Source of the DNA: Anaerolineales bacterium
GTDB lineage: Bacteria; Chloroflexota; Anaerolineae; Anaerolineales; UBA6668
Direction of reading: 5' to 3'
Assembly: GCA_020630175.1 (NCBI GenBank)
Contig: JAHDBW010000001.1
Location: forward strand, 52,465-116,464
Length of the DNA stretch: 64,000 nucleotides
In this document: piece by piece, positions 1-10,471 of the stretch
How the letters are laid out: each line of letters opens with the position of its first letter
Position numbering within the stretch: the stretch's first letter is position 1
Notes under the pieces: model-generated
The model's input: only the letters and a program-made list of their open reading frames with translations
The model's database searches: none
What the model was told of the DNA's origin: nothing
Made by a program: the position numbers and the translations under genes

Positions 1-236
1 CGCTGCTTACAGAAACGGCCATTGTCCCGATTATTTGTGGCCCAGATGAAGCGGCTTATGAAATGGTGCGCTTGTGCCAAGAGCAAGATGTCTTTGCGTT
101 GCCGGTTGTTTCGCCCGCTGTGCCTCCTGGATTGGCGCGCGTGCGTGCGGTTGTAACGGCTACACACACTGTTGAACAAATCAATCAGGCTTTGGCTGTA
201 TTTGAAAAAGCCGGTAAGCAGATGGGTTTGATTTGA
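1..236 (+). CDS. 3' end of a class-II PLP-dependent aminotransferase (KBL / BioF, 2-amino-3-ketobutyrate CoA ligase / 8-amino-7-oxononanoate synthase family); 5' end lies outside the window
   Basis: Reading from nt 3 gives LLTETAIVPIICGPDEAAYEMVRLCQEQDVFALPVVSPAVPPGLARVRAVVTATHTVEQINQALAVFEKAGKQMGLI, with stop at 234-236. The V-x-P-A-V-P-x-G-x-x-R-x-R ... HT tail is typical of this family's C-terminus. Confidence 0.55.
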   Translation, partial: LLTETAIVPIICGPDEAAYEMVRLCQEQDVFALPVVSPAVPPGLARVRAVVTATHTVEQINQALAVFEKAGKQMGLI

Positions 237-323
237 TCCCTAAGGTTTAGCGACAAAACTAAACTAAACAATTCCACTACCAAATCTAAATGTTGGGTTT
301 TACGAGTGGAGGCTACAATGAGG

Positions 324-352
324 GCAGCTCTTTTTAGAAGGGCTGCTTTTTT
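324..352 (+). terminator. Rho-independent terminator after the aminotransferase gene
   Basis: GCAGCTCTT (324-332) pairs with AAGGGCTGC (338-346) with one mismatch and is followed by TTTTTT (347-352). Confidence 0.55.
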
Positions 353-386
353 ATTGCAACGAACGTGCTATGGTAACGAAAAATAA

Positions 387-1586
387 ATGATCCGCATTAC
401 CCTCAAACCCGACCGCGACAAACCGATTCGTAATCGGCACCCTTGGATATTCTCCGGTGCGATTGCAGATATGGAAACCACCCCAGAAGCCGGTGACATT
501 GTTAGCATTCATGCTGCCAATGGAGATTGGCTGGCCTGCGCTGGATATAGCCCTGAATCTCAGATTCGCGCCCGTGTATGGTCATGGGTGCCAGATCAGC
601 ATATCGATGCACGGTTCTTTCGCCGTCAAATCACAAGTTCCTATCAACGCCGCCAAACTTTATATGCGCGTACCAATGCCTATCGGGTTGTAAACGCGGA
701 GGCGGATTTGCTGCCCGGATTGATTGTCGATCGCTATGGCGACTTTGCCGTTGTGCAGTTCCTGACGGCAGGAATTGAGCGCTGGAAGGATGTAATTGCC
801 CAAGCGGTAATGGATATTCTTGAGGTTGAAGGCGTGTATGAACGCTCCGATGTGGATGTGCGCAAGAAAGAAGGGTTGGCGTCTTCTGTTGGCTTGATGT
901 GCGGCGCAATGCCGCCCAAAGAAATTGAAATTTGGGAACGTTTTGCAACGGGGCAGCATTTGCATTACAAGGTCGACGTGTATAACGGGCATAAAACTGG
1001 TTTTTACATGGATCAACGTGACAATCGGGCGGTTGTCAAAGCGCTGGCGGAAGACCGAGTTGTTCTCAATACGTACAGTTACTCTGGGGCGTTTGCGGTT
1101 GCAAGCTATGCCGGTGCGGCTAAGCAAGTGATCAACGTAGATAGTTCTCAGCCCGCCTTAGACCTTGCAGAAAGCGCCATTCAGCATAATTGGTTCCCGG
1201 TTGATAAAGATAATTTTGTTGTTGGCGATGTGCCGACGCTGTTACGCACCTATCGTCGTGAAGAGCGCCAGTTTGACATGATCATTCTGGACCCGCCCAA
1301 GTTTGTACATAACAAAGGGCAGTTAGATCGGGCAACGCGGGCTTATAAAGATATCAATATGCAGGCCATGCATCTTTTGCGGCAGGGCGGCATTTTAGTG
1401 ACGTTTTCTTGCTCTGGCCTGATGAGCGAAGACTTATTTCAAAAGATTTTATTTGGCGCGGCAGTTGACGCGCAAAAAGATATTCAAATTGTGCAGCGCT
1501 TAGGGCAAGCTACAGATCACCCAACGTTGCTGGCATTTCCAGAGAGCCAATACCTGAAGGGCTTTGTGCTCTATGTTTGCAACTAA
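387..1586 (+). CDS. rlmI: SAM-dependent 23S rRNA m5C methyltransferase, RlmI/RlmK-like (PUA + class I MTase)
   Basis: 399-aa ORF. It has an N-terminal PUA-like segment (RNRHPWIFSGAI), a DPPKF motif (IILDPPKF) and a catalytic-type Cys in FSCSG. Confidence 0.75.
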   Translation: MIRITLKPDRDKPIRNRHPWIFSGAIADMETTPEAGDIVSIHAANGDWLACAGYSPESQIRARVWSWVPDQHIDARFFRRQITSSYQRRQTLYARTNAYRVVNAEADLLPGLIVDRYGDFAVVQFLTAGIERWKDVIAQAVMDILEVEGVYERSDVDVRKKEGLASSVGLMCGAMPPKEIEIWERFATGQHLHYKVDVYNGHKTGFYMDQRDNRAVVKALAEDRVVLNTYSYSGAFAVASYAGAAKQVINVDSSQPALDLAESAIQHNWFPVDKDNFVVGDVPTLLRTYRREERQFDMIILDPPKFVHNKGQLDRATRAYKDINMQAMHLLRQGGILVTFSCSGLMSEDLFQKILFGAAVDAQKDIQIVQRLGQATDHPTLLAFPESQYLKGFVLYVCN

Positions 1587-1594
1587 GCGGTGTT

Positions 1595-2584
1595 TTAGGA
1601 GCCTGATCGCACAGCCTGTGCCGTAATGATTACCTCGGTCACCAAGGCTGGGTTGACGGTCAGTACGGCGCTTAGTGGCACGGTTGTGCCGGGTGCAATT
1701 TCTGGTAGTTCTAACAGCCGATAACCCAGCGGTTGGCCAAGCTGATTGAGCGCGACAAGCGCAACGCGCACTTGCGTAGCCGCCGCCAAATCTGGATTGG
1801 TTATTGCACTGGAAACAACGAGTGCGGTTTCTTCTAGGTCTGTTAGTTGGGACGGCGCAATTTCTAACTGTGTATAACGCTCGTTTGCGGTGCCCGCTAG
1901 TACAGCGGACGACAGCACAACATTTACGGCTTCAGCCGCTTGTGGCACGTCAAACACGTACGGTAGCAACTGGCCGGGGAAAACAACATCCAATTCTGGA
2001 TAAGCAAGTTGTGGGTCAAGGCCCGGAACTGCGTATTGCACGCCTAAATTGCTAGCAGGTGCGTCAGTTTGGTTTTCAATAAGACCAATGCAAGGACGGC
2101 GGTCTGTGGCGCTTGTTAAACAGTGCGCTGGGCGCAATGACAGTGCAAGCGGAGTGGGTTCGGCAATGAATATTGGGTCACCAGTCTCATTCGCCAAGGG
2201 AATTGTTAGCGTTTGTCCTACACTAAGAAAGCGTGGGTTTACATCTGAATTCGCAGCAATCAACTGATCTACACCTAAGCCATACTGAATCGCAATGCCT
2301 AGCAGCGTTTCGCCATCGCCAACCGAATGCGATTGGGGCGTTGCTTCAACTGCTGGTGCAGCAGTTGCGGGCGGCAGAATTGTCACGATGCCGGGTGCCA
2401 ATGTTGGCACGCTAGTCGTGGCTGTTGCAGTCATCACTGGCACTGCTGCTGTTGGTAGTACGGCAGGCTGGTCTGATTGGTCGGTTGCACAGGCGCTAAG
2501 CCAAAGCGCACTGAGACTTACGCACAACAGTTGTGTTAGAAGCAAACGGCTTTTGAAAAGAAAGTTCATAAAAAATTCGAGCAA
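1595..2584 (-). CDS. LysM domain lipoprotein
   Basis: 329 aa. It has a signal peptide with lipobox (LSALWLSAC), a Pro/Ala/Thr linker and one LysM motif (GDGETLLGIAIQYGLGVDQLIAANS...VGQTLTIP). Confidence 0.7.
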   Translation of the reverse strand: MLEFFMNFLFKSRLLLTQLLCVSLSALWLSACATDQSDQPAVLPTAAVPVMTATATTSVPTLAPGIVTILPPATAAPAVEATPQSHSVGDGETLLGIAIQYGLGVDQLIAANSDVNPRFLSVGQTLTIPLANETGDPIFIAEPTPLALSLRPAHCLTSATDRRPCIGLIENQTDAPASNLGVQYAVPGLDPQLAYPELDVVFPGQLLPYVFDVPQAAEAVNVVLSSAVLAGTANERYTQLEIAPSQLTDLEETALVVSSAITNPDLAAATQVRVALVALNQLGQPLGYRLLELPEIAPGTTVPLSAVLTVNPALVTEVIITAQAVRSGS

Positions 2585-2647
2585 TTGTTTTTTATCCGCT
2601 TGAATTTTAGAGTAATTATTTAATCACATTTATTTTGCTGTATTCCG

Positions 2648-5600
2648 TTGCATAACGGAGGTAAAACAGCCCTTATTAGCATGAAACGCGCAATCACAAC
2701 GCTAGGATTTCTAGGTGGCATCGGTGCTGTTATCGTACCGCTGTTTGTGATTCTGTGGTCAGACATGGTGATAGAAGAGTGGTGGCTGGCGATTTTGGCG
2801 GCTGGCGTCACGAGTTGGCTGATCGCCCTAAGAGCAGAAACGCGTTTTGGCCGGATTGCCTTAGTTGCGCTAGCTGGAGCGGGAACATCCTTAGTCATCA
2901 ATCCTTGGCTAACGCTGGGTGCGATTTTTGCGGGCATGTTGCTTGGCTATCTGTTGCAATACGCACTACTGACCCAACGTTACCGGTACGCATCCCCGTT
3001 ACCAGACCCCATCGCGTACATTATTTTTGAAATTCTAAAATATGTGGGGCCGCATGTCGTTGGTGTGGGGTCTTATATTGTGCTGCGTGGGCAGCATCCC
3101 ATTGATCTGCTATCCGCAACCGACTTGATTGCTGTGGCTGGTTATGTGCTGACCTTCACGATTACCTTCGCTATTTTTGAACAGTTAGAACGCCAGCTAG
3201 GCGGGTCTGAATCGCTTCCGTTAGATAGCCATTTTGGGCGGTATGTATTCCGCTGGGCATTCTTGCCGGTGGTAAGCGCCGTTGTAATCGCCTCCTTTGT
3301 TGCGCAGTATGGTGAGCTTGGGCATGCAATCGCCTTGGTACTGATGATTGCGGGCACGTTTATGCTCAATCGCAATACGATTGATTATTGGGCGCTGCAA
3401 GGCCATTTTGACCAGCTCGTTTCCCTCAACAATATTAGCCGAGCGCTGCGCACTAGCCTAGAGCTTGATGCGTTGCTAGAGATGATTTATGTGCAAGTGG
3501 CGCACTTGCTCAATGCAAAAAACTTTTATGTTGCCTTATATGACCCTGCTTCAGATCGTGTGACATTCCCGTATGCGGTAAAAAATGGCAACCGAATGCA
3601 ATGGGAGCCACGTTCCTCTGCAACCCGGCTGACAGATCAGGTCATTCGATCTGGCTCGGCGTTGTTGCTAAATGGAAATGTACGCAGCTACTTAGAAGAA
3701 AATGGCATGGATGTGGGCAAGGCTTACCCTGAGGCGTGGATTGGCGTGCCGCTATCTGTGAGTGGCCGCACAATTGGCTGCCTTTCTATTTTTGCGAATA
3801 AACCCGGTGAGCGTCTCGGTGAAACTGCCCCAGAAGTGCTTACAACCATTGCGACCCAAGCGGCAACTGCCGTGGAAAATGCGCAGTTATATGGTGAAAT
3901 GCAGCGGCAAGCCGAACGCATGGGGCGCTTGAATGAAATTTCGACGCTAATGAGCACGAGCCTAAATCCAGAACAAGTGCTGGAAATGGTGTGCGATGGC
4001 GTTTTGCAAGTTGCAAATGCAAGTAAGGTCGCAATTTTCTTGCACTCGCAAAAACGCCAAGAACTATATATGGCGCGTGCCGAAGGCTTGTCTGATGACT
4101 ACATGGCCGAGTCGATTATCTTGCCGCTAAACCAAACTGAACGCGTGCAGCCCTTCCTGACCGGGCAAACGCAGTTGGTAGAAGACCTCGCTGAGATTGA
4201 AATTTCTGACGACTATCGTGAACTGCTCGCGCGAGATGGCGTGCGGGCGATGGCGGAATTGCCGCTGATTGCGCAAGGCTCTTCCATCGGCGTGATGGTG
4301 GCTTACTATGATGCGCCGCATCAATTCTCGCAAATGGATGTGGACTTATTAGAGACGTTCTCATCACAGACCGGGATTGCGGTGGCAAACGCGCGTGATT
4401 ATGTGCGTACCGATCAGGCATTGGCACGCCGTGTTGAACAGCTTCAAGCGCTTGAAACGATTGGCCGTGAAATTGTTTCGACCTTGCACCTTGATAAAGT
4501 TGCTGACACCGTCTTGGTTCGCGCGATGGGTGCTTCGGCTGCAGCTTGTGGCGTTTTGCTCTTGAATAGCGAAGAGTCGGGCACGCTGCGCTTAGTCGCG
4601 CAATATGGCCTGCTGCCAGATGCCGTTGCGCAGTTTGCCCCAAATAACCGCTTACAGGCTGGGTTTGGCATTATTGGCCGCGCCTTCCGGACGGGTGAAT
4701 ACAGCTTAGTTGCCAATCGCACAGACTTTGCTGACCTGACACGTGGGCAGATCAAGAGTGAACTGGCGATCCCGATTACTGCAAAAGGTGAGGTCTATGG
4801 AGTGATTGCGCTGGGTAGCCCGCAACGCAATGGCTTCAATCCAGATGATATTCACTTTGTTTCACAGTTGGCGCTGCAATCTGCGGTAGCGATTGTGAAT
4901 AGTAACTTGTATCAAAGTGCAAATGATCGCTTAGCAGAACAAACTTGGCTATATGAAAGTGGGCGGGCGATTGCCGAGACGTTTAGCAAAACCCAGATCC
5001 TGCGGACAATTTCAGAACGCATTGTTACAGCATTAGATGCAACGGGCTGTGCTATTTATGAATATGATGCGCGCTCCCAAAGCGTGGAAGTTGTCTATCA
5101 GCAAGGCTTGCCAGATGCGATGTTCGCAGACCGTCAAACCTTAGATCTGGTGCAGCAACCGCTCTTGCAGGCGGCAGTAGATCGGCATGAGCCACTCGTA
5201 GAGCAAATACGCTTCCTAAACGGCAATCACGGGCGCAACGGGCAGGTTAATGGAAATGGCAACCGCAACGGTACTGGGGGTAAGTCTGAAACGGCTGCAT
5301 TATTAACATTGCCGTTGGTGTCTTCAGAGCGTGTGACAGGGTTGATTACTGTTGTTGATAAATTACGCGATCGCTTTACAACGCAAGAGCAACAGTTGCT
5401 AATGACCTTAGCTACACAAGCGGCTGTTTCTATTGAAAATGCACGTTTGTTTGAACAAATCCGCGAAGGGCGGGATCAAATGGCGGCGGTTTTGTCTTCC
5501 ACGAGTGAAGGCATCATGATGATTGATATTGACGGCGTGGTAGCGTTGGTAAATCCTGAAATTGAAGCGCTGTGGGGGATAGAAAGTTCACATCTCTCAG

Positions 5601-6592
5601 GTAAGAAGCTTACCGCAATCAACAAGGCTCTGGGCGGCCAGATTGCGCAGAAGTTAGGCTATCCAGAGTCGGATCTGCGTAATATTGTGGGTGATGTGTG
5701 TGCGGCTGCCGGTGAAGACGCGGTAGAGCGGCATACTTACCATATCAACACGCCAACGCCGCGCTTTATTGAAAGAACGGTTTCGCCGGTGCTGGATGTA
5801 AATAACGACTCGCTGGGGTGTTTGTTTGTCTTGCGTGATGTGACAGAAGAAAAGCAGCTTGAACAAGCGCGCGATGATCTTTCTAGCATGATTGTGCATG
5901 ATTTGCGCAGCCCGTTAGCAGGGATTTCTGGCAGCTTACGGTTGCTTGAAGACTACATTCCAGAAGATGGCAAAAGCCCGATTGTTGATCAGGCGTTGAA
6001 TGTTGCCGATCGCTCCTCTAAGCGGTTGTTAGGGTTGGTGGACTCGTTGCTAGACGTTGCTAAGTTGAGTGCTGGTGAAGTAGTACTTGAAGTGGAAGCG
6101 GAAGACCTAAACGGCTTAGTTGAACGCGTTGTACTGGAAATGCAGTCGCAAGCGAATGACTATAATGTTGTGCTGATGTCTGACGTGCGCGATCCGGGCC
6201 CGATTGCGAATATTGACGCGAATAAGATTGAACGCGTGATTATCAACCTGCTTGATAATGCGCTGAAATTTACACCTGAAGAACATTCCATCATTGTCAA
6301 AGTGAGTGATTATGATGAAAGTGACCCAAAGAATGACGAAGTTGTTACGATTAGTGTCTTAGATGAAGGCCCAGGGATCCCAGACGATTATCGTGAGCGC
6401 ATTTTTGACCGTTTCCAACAAGTGGTTGGTAGTAAAGGGCGGCGGCGCGGCACGGGCTTGGGGCTTTCATTTTGTAAGTTGGCAGTTGAAGCACATGATG
6501 GCAAAATATGGGTAGAGAATCGACCTGAAAAAGGTAGTGCGTTCTGCTTTACACTCCCAAAGACAAACGTTGATTTTCTAGATATTGCATAA
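2648..6592 (+). CDS. Membrane-anchored multi-GAF / PAS sensor histidine kinase
   Basis: 1314 aa. It has a polytopic N-terminal region of about 260 aa, four GAF-like modules and a PAS domain (EGIMMIDIDGVVALVNPE). The H-box is VHDLRSPLAGI and the ATPase boxes are NLLDNALKFT, DEGPGIP and GTGLGLSFCK. The start is uncertain: TTG 2648 or ATG 2681. Confidence 0.9.
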   Translation: MHNGGKTALISMKRAITTLGFLGGIGAVIVPLFVILWSDMVIEEWWLAILAAGVTSWLIALRAETRFGRIALVALAGAGTSLVINPWLTLGAIFAGMLLGYLLQYALLTQRYRYASPLPDPIAYIIFEILKYVGPHVVGVGSYIVLRGQHPIDLLSATDLIAVAGYVLTFTITFAIFEQLERQLGGSESLPLDSHFGRYVFRWAFLPVVSAVVIASFVAQYGELGHAIALVLMIAGTFMLNRNTIDYWALQGHFDQLVSLNNISRALRTSLELDALLEMIYVQVAHLLNAKNFYVALYDPASDRVTFPYAVKNGNRMQWEPRSSATRLTDQVIRSGSALLLNGNVRSYLEENGMDVGKAYPEAWIGVPLSVSGRTIGCLSIFANKPGERLGETAPEVLTTIATQAATAVENAQLYGEMQRQAERMGRLNEISTLMSTSLNPEQVLEMVCDGVLQVANASKVAIFLHSQKRQELYMARAEGLSDDYMAESIILPLNQTERVQPFLTGQTQLVEDLAEIEISDDYRELLARDGVRAMAELPLIAQGSSIGVMVAYYDAPHQFSQMDVDLLETFSSQTGIAVANARDYVRTDQALARRVEQLQALETIGREIVSTLHLDKVADTVLVRAMGASAAACGVLLLNSEESGTLRLVAQYGLLPDAVAQFAPNNRLQAGFGIIGRAFRTGEYSLVANRTDFADLTRGQIKSELAIPITAKGEVYGVIALGSPQRNGFNPDDIHFVSQLALQSAVAIVNSNLYQSANDRLAEQTWLYESGRAIAETFSKTQILRTISERIVTALDATGCAIYEYDARSQSVEVVYQQGLPDAMFADRQTLDLVQQPLLQAAVDRHEPLVEQIRFLNGNHGRNGQVNGNGNRNGTGGKSETAALLTLPLVSSERVTGLITVVDKLRDRFTTQEQQLLMTLATQAAVSIENARLFEQIREGRDQMAAVLSSTSEGIMMIDIDGVVALVNPEIEALWGIESSHLSGKKLTAINKALGGQIAQKLGYPESDLRNIVGDVCAAAGEDAVERHTYHINTPTPRFIERTVSPVLDVNNDSLGCLFVLRDVTEEKQLEQARDDLSSMIVHDLRSPLAGISGSLRLLEDYIPEDGKSPIVDQALNVADRSSKRLLGLVDSLLDVAKLSAGEVVLEVEAEDLNGLVERVVLEMQSQANDYNVVLMSDVRDPGPIANIDANKIERVIINLLDNALKFTPEEHSIIVKVSDYDESDPKNDEVVTISVLDEGPGIPDDYRERIFDRFQQVVGSKGRRRGTGLGLSFCKLAVEAHDGKIWVENRPEKGSAFCFTLPKTNVDFLDIA

Positions 6593-6619
6593 ATCATTGG
6601 TACGCTAATCTGTGGTGTT

Positions 6620-7771
6620 TTGATTGGCTTATTGTTTAGGAACAGTCTTATCGCTCATTTCGTTATTTACCGCAAATTTTTAGCCGTTATTCTGCTTGGC
6701 ATCGGAACGATTACGGCCTGCACAACAGCGCCAACCGCAATTCCCACTGAAGTTATTGAAATTGAACCGCTAACAGCAACTGTAGATGCTGCGGAAACGC
6801 CCATCACGTCACTAATCAAAGAGACAAATACACCGCTGCCAGCAACGCCAACACCAACGGTGGGGCCAACTGCAACGCCGTATGTTTTAGAGATTGGCAT
6901 CGCGCCGCATCAGCATTCTAAATTTGCCTTTACCGTGCCAGCAGTTGCGGATTGGGAATTTTTAGACCGACCTTTTGGGATGCAAATGACTGCGCCCGAC
7001 GGTGACGCCGCAATTACAGTTTATTATCAAAATACAAGCACGCCGCTCATTGGGCGTGATTTCTCTCGGTTTGCAAAGACCATGGCCGCTAATCGTTTTG
7101 GTGGGTTGGGTGACTACTCGCTCCGTCAAACGACTGGTTCTTCTACAACGAACGTTGTGTTAGAGCAGATAGTTTCTGTCGGTGCCACTGAGTTTGAAAT
7201 CATTTCAACGTTTACCAAGAACGAGGCGTTGGTGTATGAGGTTGACCTTTGGCGCGCTAAAGATAGCCAGATCACTAGAGAAATGCTAACTGAAATTGCA
7301 GCTGACATTGAATTTGAGGATGCTGTTTTGGCGGCAACCTTTCCCTATGCCGAATTGCGGCAAGCCGAACTTCTTGCCCAACAATCTGTAATTGATGTGC
7401 CGTTGGCGTGGGAACAAATCGGTGCGGATGACGATAAGCTAATCCAGTTTCGGTCGCCCGATTCGGCTGCAGTTGTATTTGCGCTACGGCGTGAATTGCA
7501 AACTGAAGGCGTAACGCGTGAATCGACTGTAGATAACGTGCTCAAAATTCTCCGTGAACTTGTTGGACCAGATATTGTGTTGGTTAGCAATCGGGTGCAG
7601 CCAGACAATAGCCTGCGCGTAGACTTTGCCGCCGATGGTTATGACCTCGAGGGCAGTGTGTATGTCAAAGGCGTTGGCAGTGAAGCGAACCTGCTTGGCT
7701 ACGTGTTAGAAGCGGAGCAGGCCGACTATTATTGGGATGTCATCGACACGGTTATTACCTCTTACCAATGA
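6620..7771 (+). CDS. Hypothetical lipoprotein, 27 nt downstream of the kinase
   Basis: 383-aa ORF with a signal peptide and lipobox (GIGTITAC) and a Thr/Pro linker. I recognised no catalytic motif. The start codon (TTG 6620) is uncertain. Confidence 0.6.
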   Translation: MIGLLFRNSLIAHFVIYRKFLAVILLGIGTITACTTAPTAIPTEVIEIEPLTATVDAAETPITSLIKETNTPLPATPTPTVGPTATPYVLEIGIAPHQHSKFAFTVPAVADWEFLDRPFGMQMTAPDGDAAITVYYQNTSTPLIGRDFSRFAKTMAANRFGGLGDYSLRQTTGSSTTNVVLEQIVSVGATEFEIISTFTKNEALVYEVDLWRAKDSQITREMLTEIAADIEFEDAVLAATFPYAELRQAELLAQQSVIDVPLAWEQIGADDDKLIQFRSPDSAAVVFALRRELQTEGVTRESTVDNVLKILRELVGPDIVLVSNRVQPDNSLRVDFAADGYDLEGSVYVKGVGSEANLLGYVLEAEQADYYWDVIDTVITSYQ

Positions 7772-7781
7772 TTGGTATAAT
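7752..7781 (+). promoter_or_regulatory. Candidate extended -10 promoter for the FmdB-like gene
   Basis: TGgTATAAT at 7773-7781 (TATAAT at 7776-7781), with a weak -35 (TTATTA, 7752-7757). It lies 36 nt upstream of ATG 7817. Confidence 0.35.
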
Positions 7782-7816
7782 TCGGCGTCAGATTGACTAT
7801 GTGGAGAAAGTTTTAA

Positions 7817-8188
7817 ATGCCAGTATATGTTTATCGCTGTAAAAACTGCGAATACGAATTCGAAAAAATTCAAAAATTTAGTGACGACCCAATCAAAGTT
7901 TGTCCAGAATGCTCTGAAGAGCAAGTCAGAAAAGTAATCACCCCGGCCGGTATCATCTTTAAGGGATCAGGCTGGTATATCAACGACAGTAAGTCTAACA
8001 AGAAAAAGGACTCTGGCGGTAGTGGTTCAAAAAAGACCGACACCAAGGTTAACGACGCAACGAAAGATACTAGCCTTTCTAAAGCTGAAGGCAATACATC
8101 AAGCGCAAAATCAGACGCCAAGTCTAGTGGTGAGAGTGCGAAGGCTGCTCCATCAAAATCAACAAAAAGCGCACCTAAAAGCGACTAA
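7817..8188 (+). CDS. FmdB-family zinc-ribbon putative regulatory protein with a Lys/Ser-rich tail
   Basis: 123 aa. The N-terminal CxxC...CxxC ribbon (YRCKNCEYEFE...VCPECS) is the FmdB/CxxC_CxxC_SSSS pattern. Confidence 0.8.
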   Translation: MPVYVYRCKNCEYEFEKIQKFSDDPIKVCPECSEEQVRKVITPAGIIFKGSGWYINDSKSNKKKDSGGSGSKKTDTKVNDATKDTSLSKAEGNTSSAKSDAKSSGESAKAAPSKSTKSAPKSD

Positions 8189-8290
8189 TTCCTAAGCATT
8201 GCGCGTTTTAGCCCTGAATTTAGAGTTGTCCTACCAAGTTTAGGTAGTTTTACGTTTAGATGCCGTTGGAGTGTAGAAAGAATATTGGTA

Positions 8291-8319
8291 AAAGGTGCGG
8301 TTTTTCCGCACCTTTTTTT
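8291..8319 (+). terminator. Rho-independent terminator
   Basis: AAAGGTGCGG (8291-8300) pairs with CCGCACCTTT (8306-8315) around a 5-nt loop. The T-run extends to 8319. Confidence 0.8.
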
Positions 8320-8498
8320 GTTCTAGGCTACACTATGACAAAGGGATAGATCAGGTTACATTTATAGTAATCCGTTGTATATCGCGGCGTGTAAGTTGCA
8401 TCTATTAAGGACAGTGTGAATTTGCAAGGAAAAATTACCTTGCTGCACGTCTTTTGGTGCGCTTAACCGCCAAAATAGAAATGGATAGGGGAAAGAAG

Positions 8499-8987
8499 AT
8501 GGCTGAGTTTTGGGCTGCAAACGGTTTTTTCTTGTGGCTGCTAACAACATTATTAGTTTTGCTTGTGCTGGCGTGGGTGGCTTGGATGCATTTCAACCGC
8601 CAATACGATGAGCGCACTGTAGAACCAAAAGCACCAGAAATTGAACAAGTCGAACGCATGGCAGGGCAGGTTGCGCAGCTACTGTGGAGTACAATGGAGA
8701 TGAAAACCTCTGTTGCACGCTCACTACAAGCTGTTGCAATTAATCGCTATGCCGCATTTACAGACACTGGCGGCGATCAAAGTTTTTCAATTGTTATGAC
8801 TGACGGGCAAGGCAATGGATTGGTTTTAACAAGCCTGCATGGCCGCAACGGATCACGTTTATACGCGAAGCCGCTGTCTGCTTGGGAGTCAGAATACAAC
8901 TTAAGTGATGAGGAATTGCAAGCAATCGACCAAGCTCGTGCTGAGCAAGAAGCAGAATTGGCGGCTGCAACGCAAGACCTCGCGTAA
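8499..8987 (+). CDS. DUF4446-like membrane protein
   Basis: The ORF opens at 8454, but ATG 8499 is preferred. It has one TM helix followed by RYAAFTDTGGDQSFSIVMTD...GLVLTSLHGRNGSRLYAKP, which resembles the conserved DUF4446 core. It ends 21 nt upstream of eno. Confidence 0.65.
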   Translation: MAEFWAANGFFLWLLTTLLVLLVLAWVAWMHFNRQYDERTVEPKAPEIEQVERMAGQVAQLLWSTMEMKTSVARSLQAVAINRYAAFTDTGGDQSFSIVMTDGQGNGLVLTSLHGRNGSRLYAKPLSAWESEYNLSDEELQAIDQARAEQEAELAAATQDLA

Positions 8988-8993
8988 AAATAA

Positions 8994-10292
<1,299 letters not shown>

Positions 10293-10323
10293 AACAGTTT
10301 AGCGCCCCTGAAAATGAAATAAG

Positions 10324-10353
10324 AAAAGGCTCGCATTTCTGCGAGCCTTTTTT
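10324..10353 (+). terminator. Rho-independent terminator after eno
   Basis: AAAAGGCTCGCA (10324-10335) pairs with TGCGAGCCTTTT (10340-10351) around a 4-nt loop and is followed by a T-run. Confidence 0.85.
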
Positions 10354-10435
10354 GTTACGCACTACCAGCGGCGCATCGTGATTTTTTAGAAGCACTCGGA
10401 ATTAGCGCTACTGAAATCGCACAGATCAGAGCATT

Positions 10436-10465
10436 TTCTCAAAAAGGAATTGCGTAACGTATACT
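10436..10465 (+). promoter_or_regulatory. Candidate promoter placing the TSS at or next to the start codon (leaderless-type)
   Basis: TTCTCA (10436-10441), an 18-nt spacer, then TATACT (10460-10465). Only 6 nt (ccgatc) separate the -10 element from ATG 10472. Confidence 0.35.
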
Positions 10466-10471
10466 CCGATC

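Noticed and set aside
4116-4643. 175-aa minus-strand ORF inside the histidine kinase gene. Similar cases are 660-1127 in rlmI, 26262-26792 in proA, 53271-53756 in rpoB and 56464-56883 in fusA.
   Set aside because: They lie antisense to genes with unambiguous conserved motifs. Their composition is Arg/Ser/Ala-rich shadow-ORF type, with no independent signals.
8454-8498. N-terminal extensions given by the ORF track for several genes: 8454, 11786, 33912, 42270, 46365, 47689 and 48445.
   Set aside because: The extensions run through upstream terminator hairpins or the preceding gene. They also bury signal peptides or TM anchors. Internal ATG codons give conventional N-termini and non-overlapping gene junctions.
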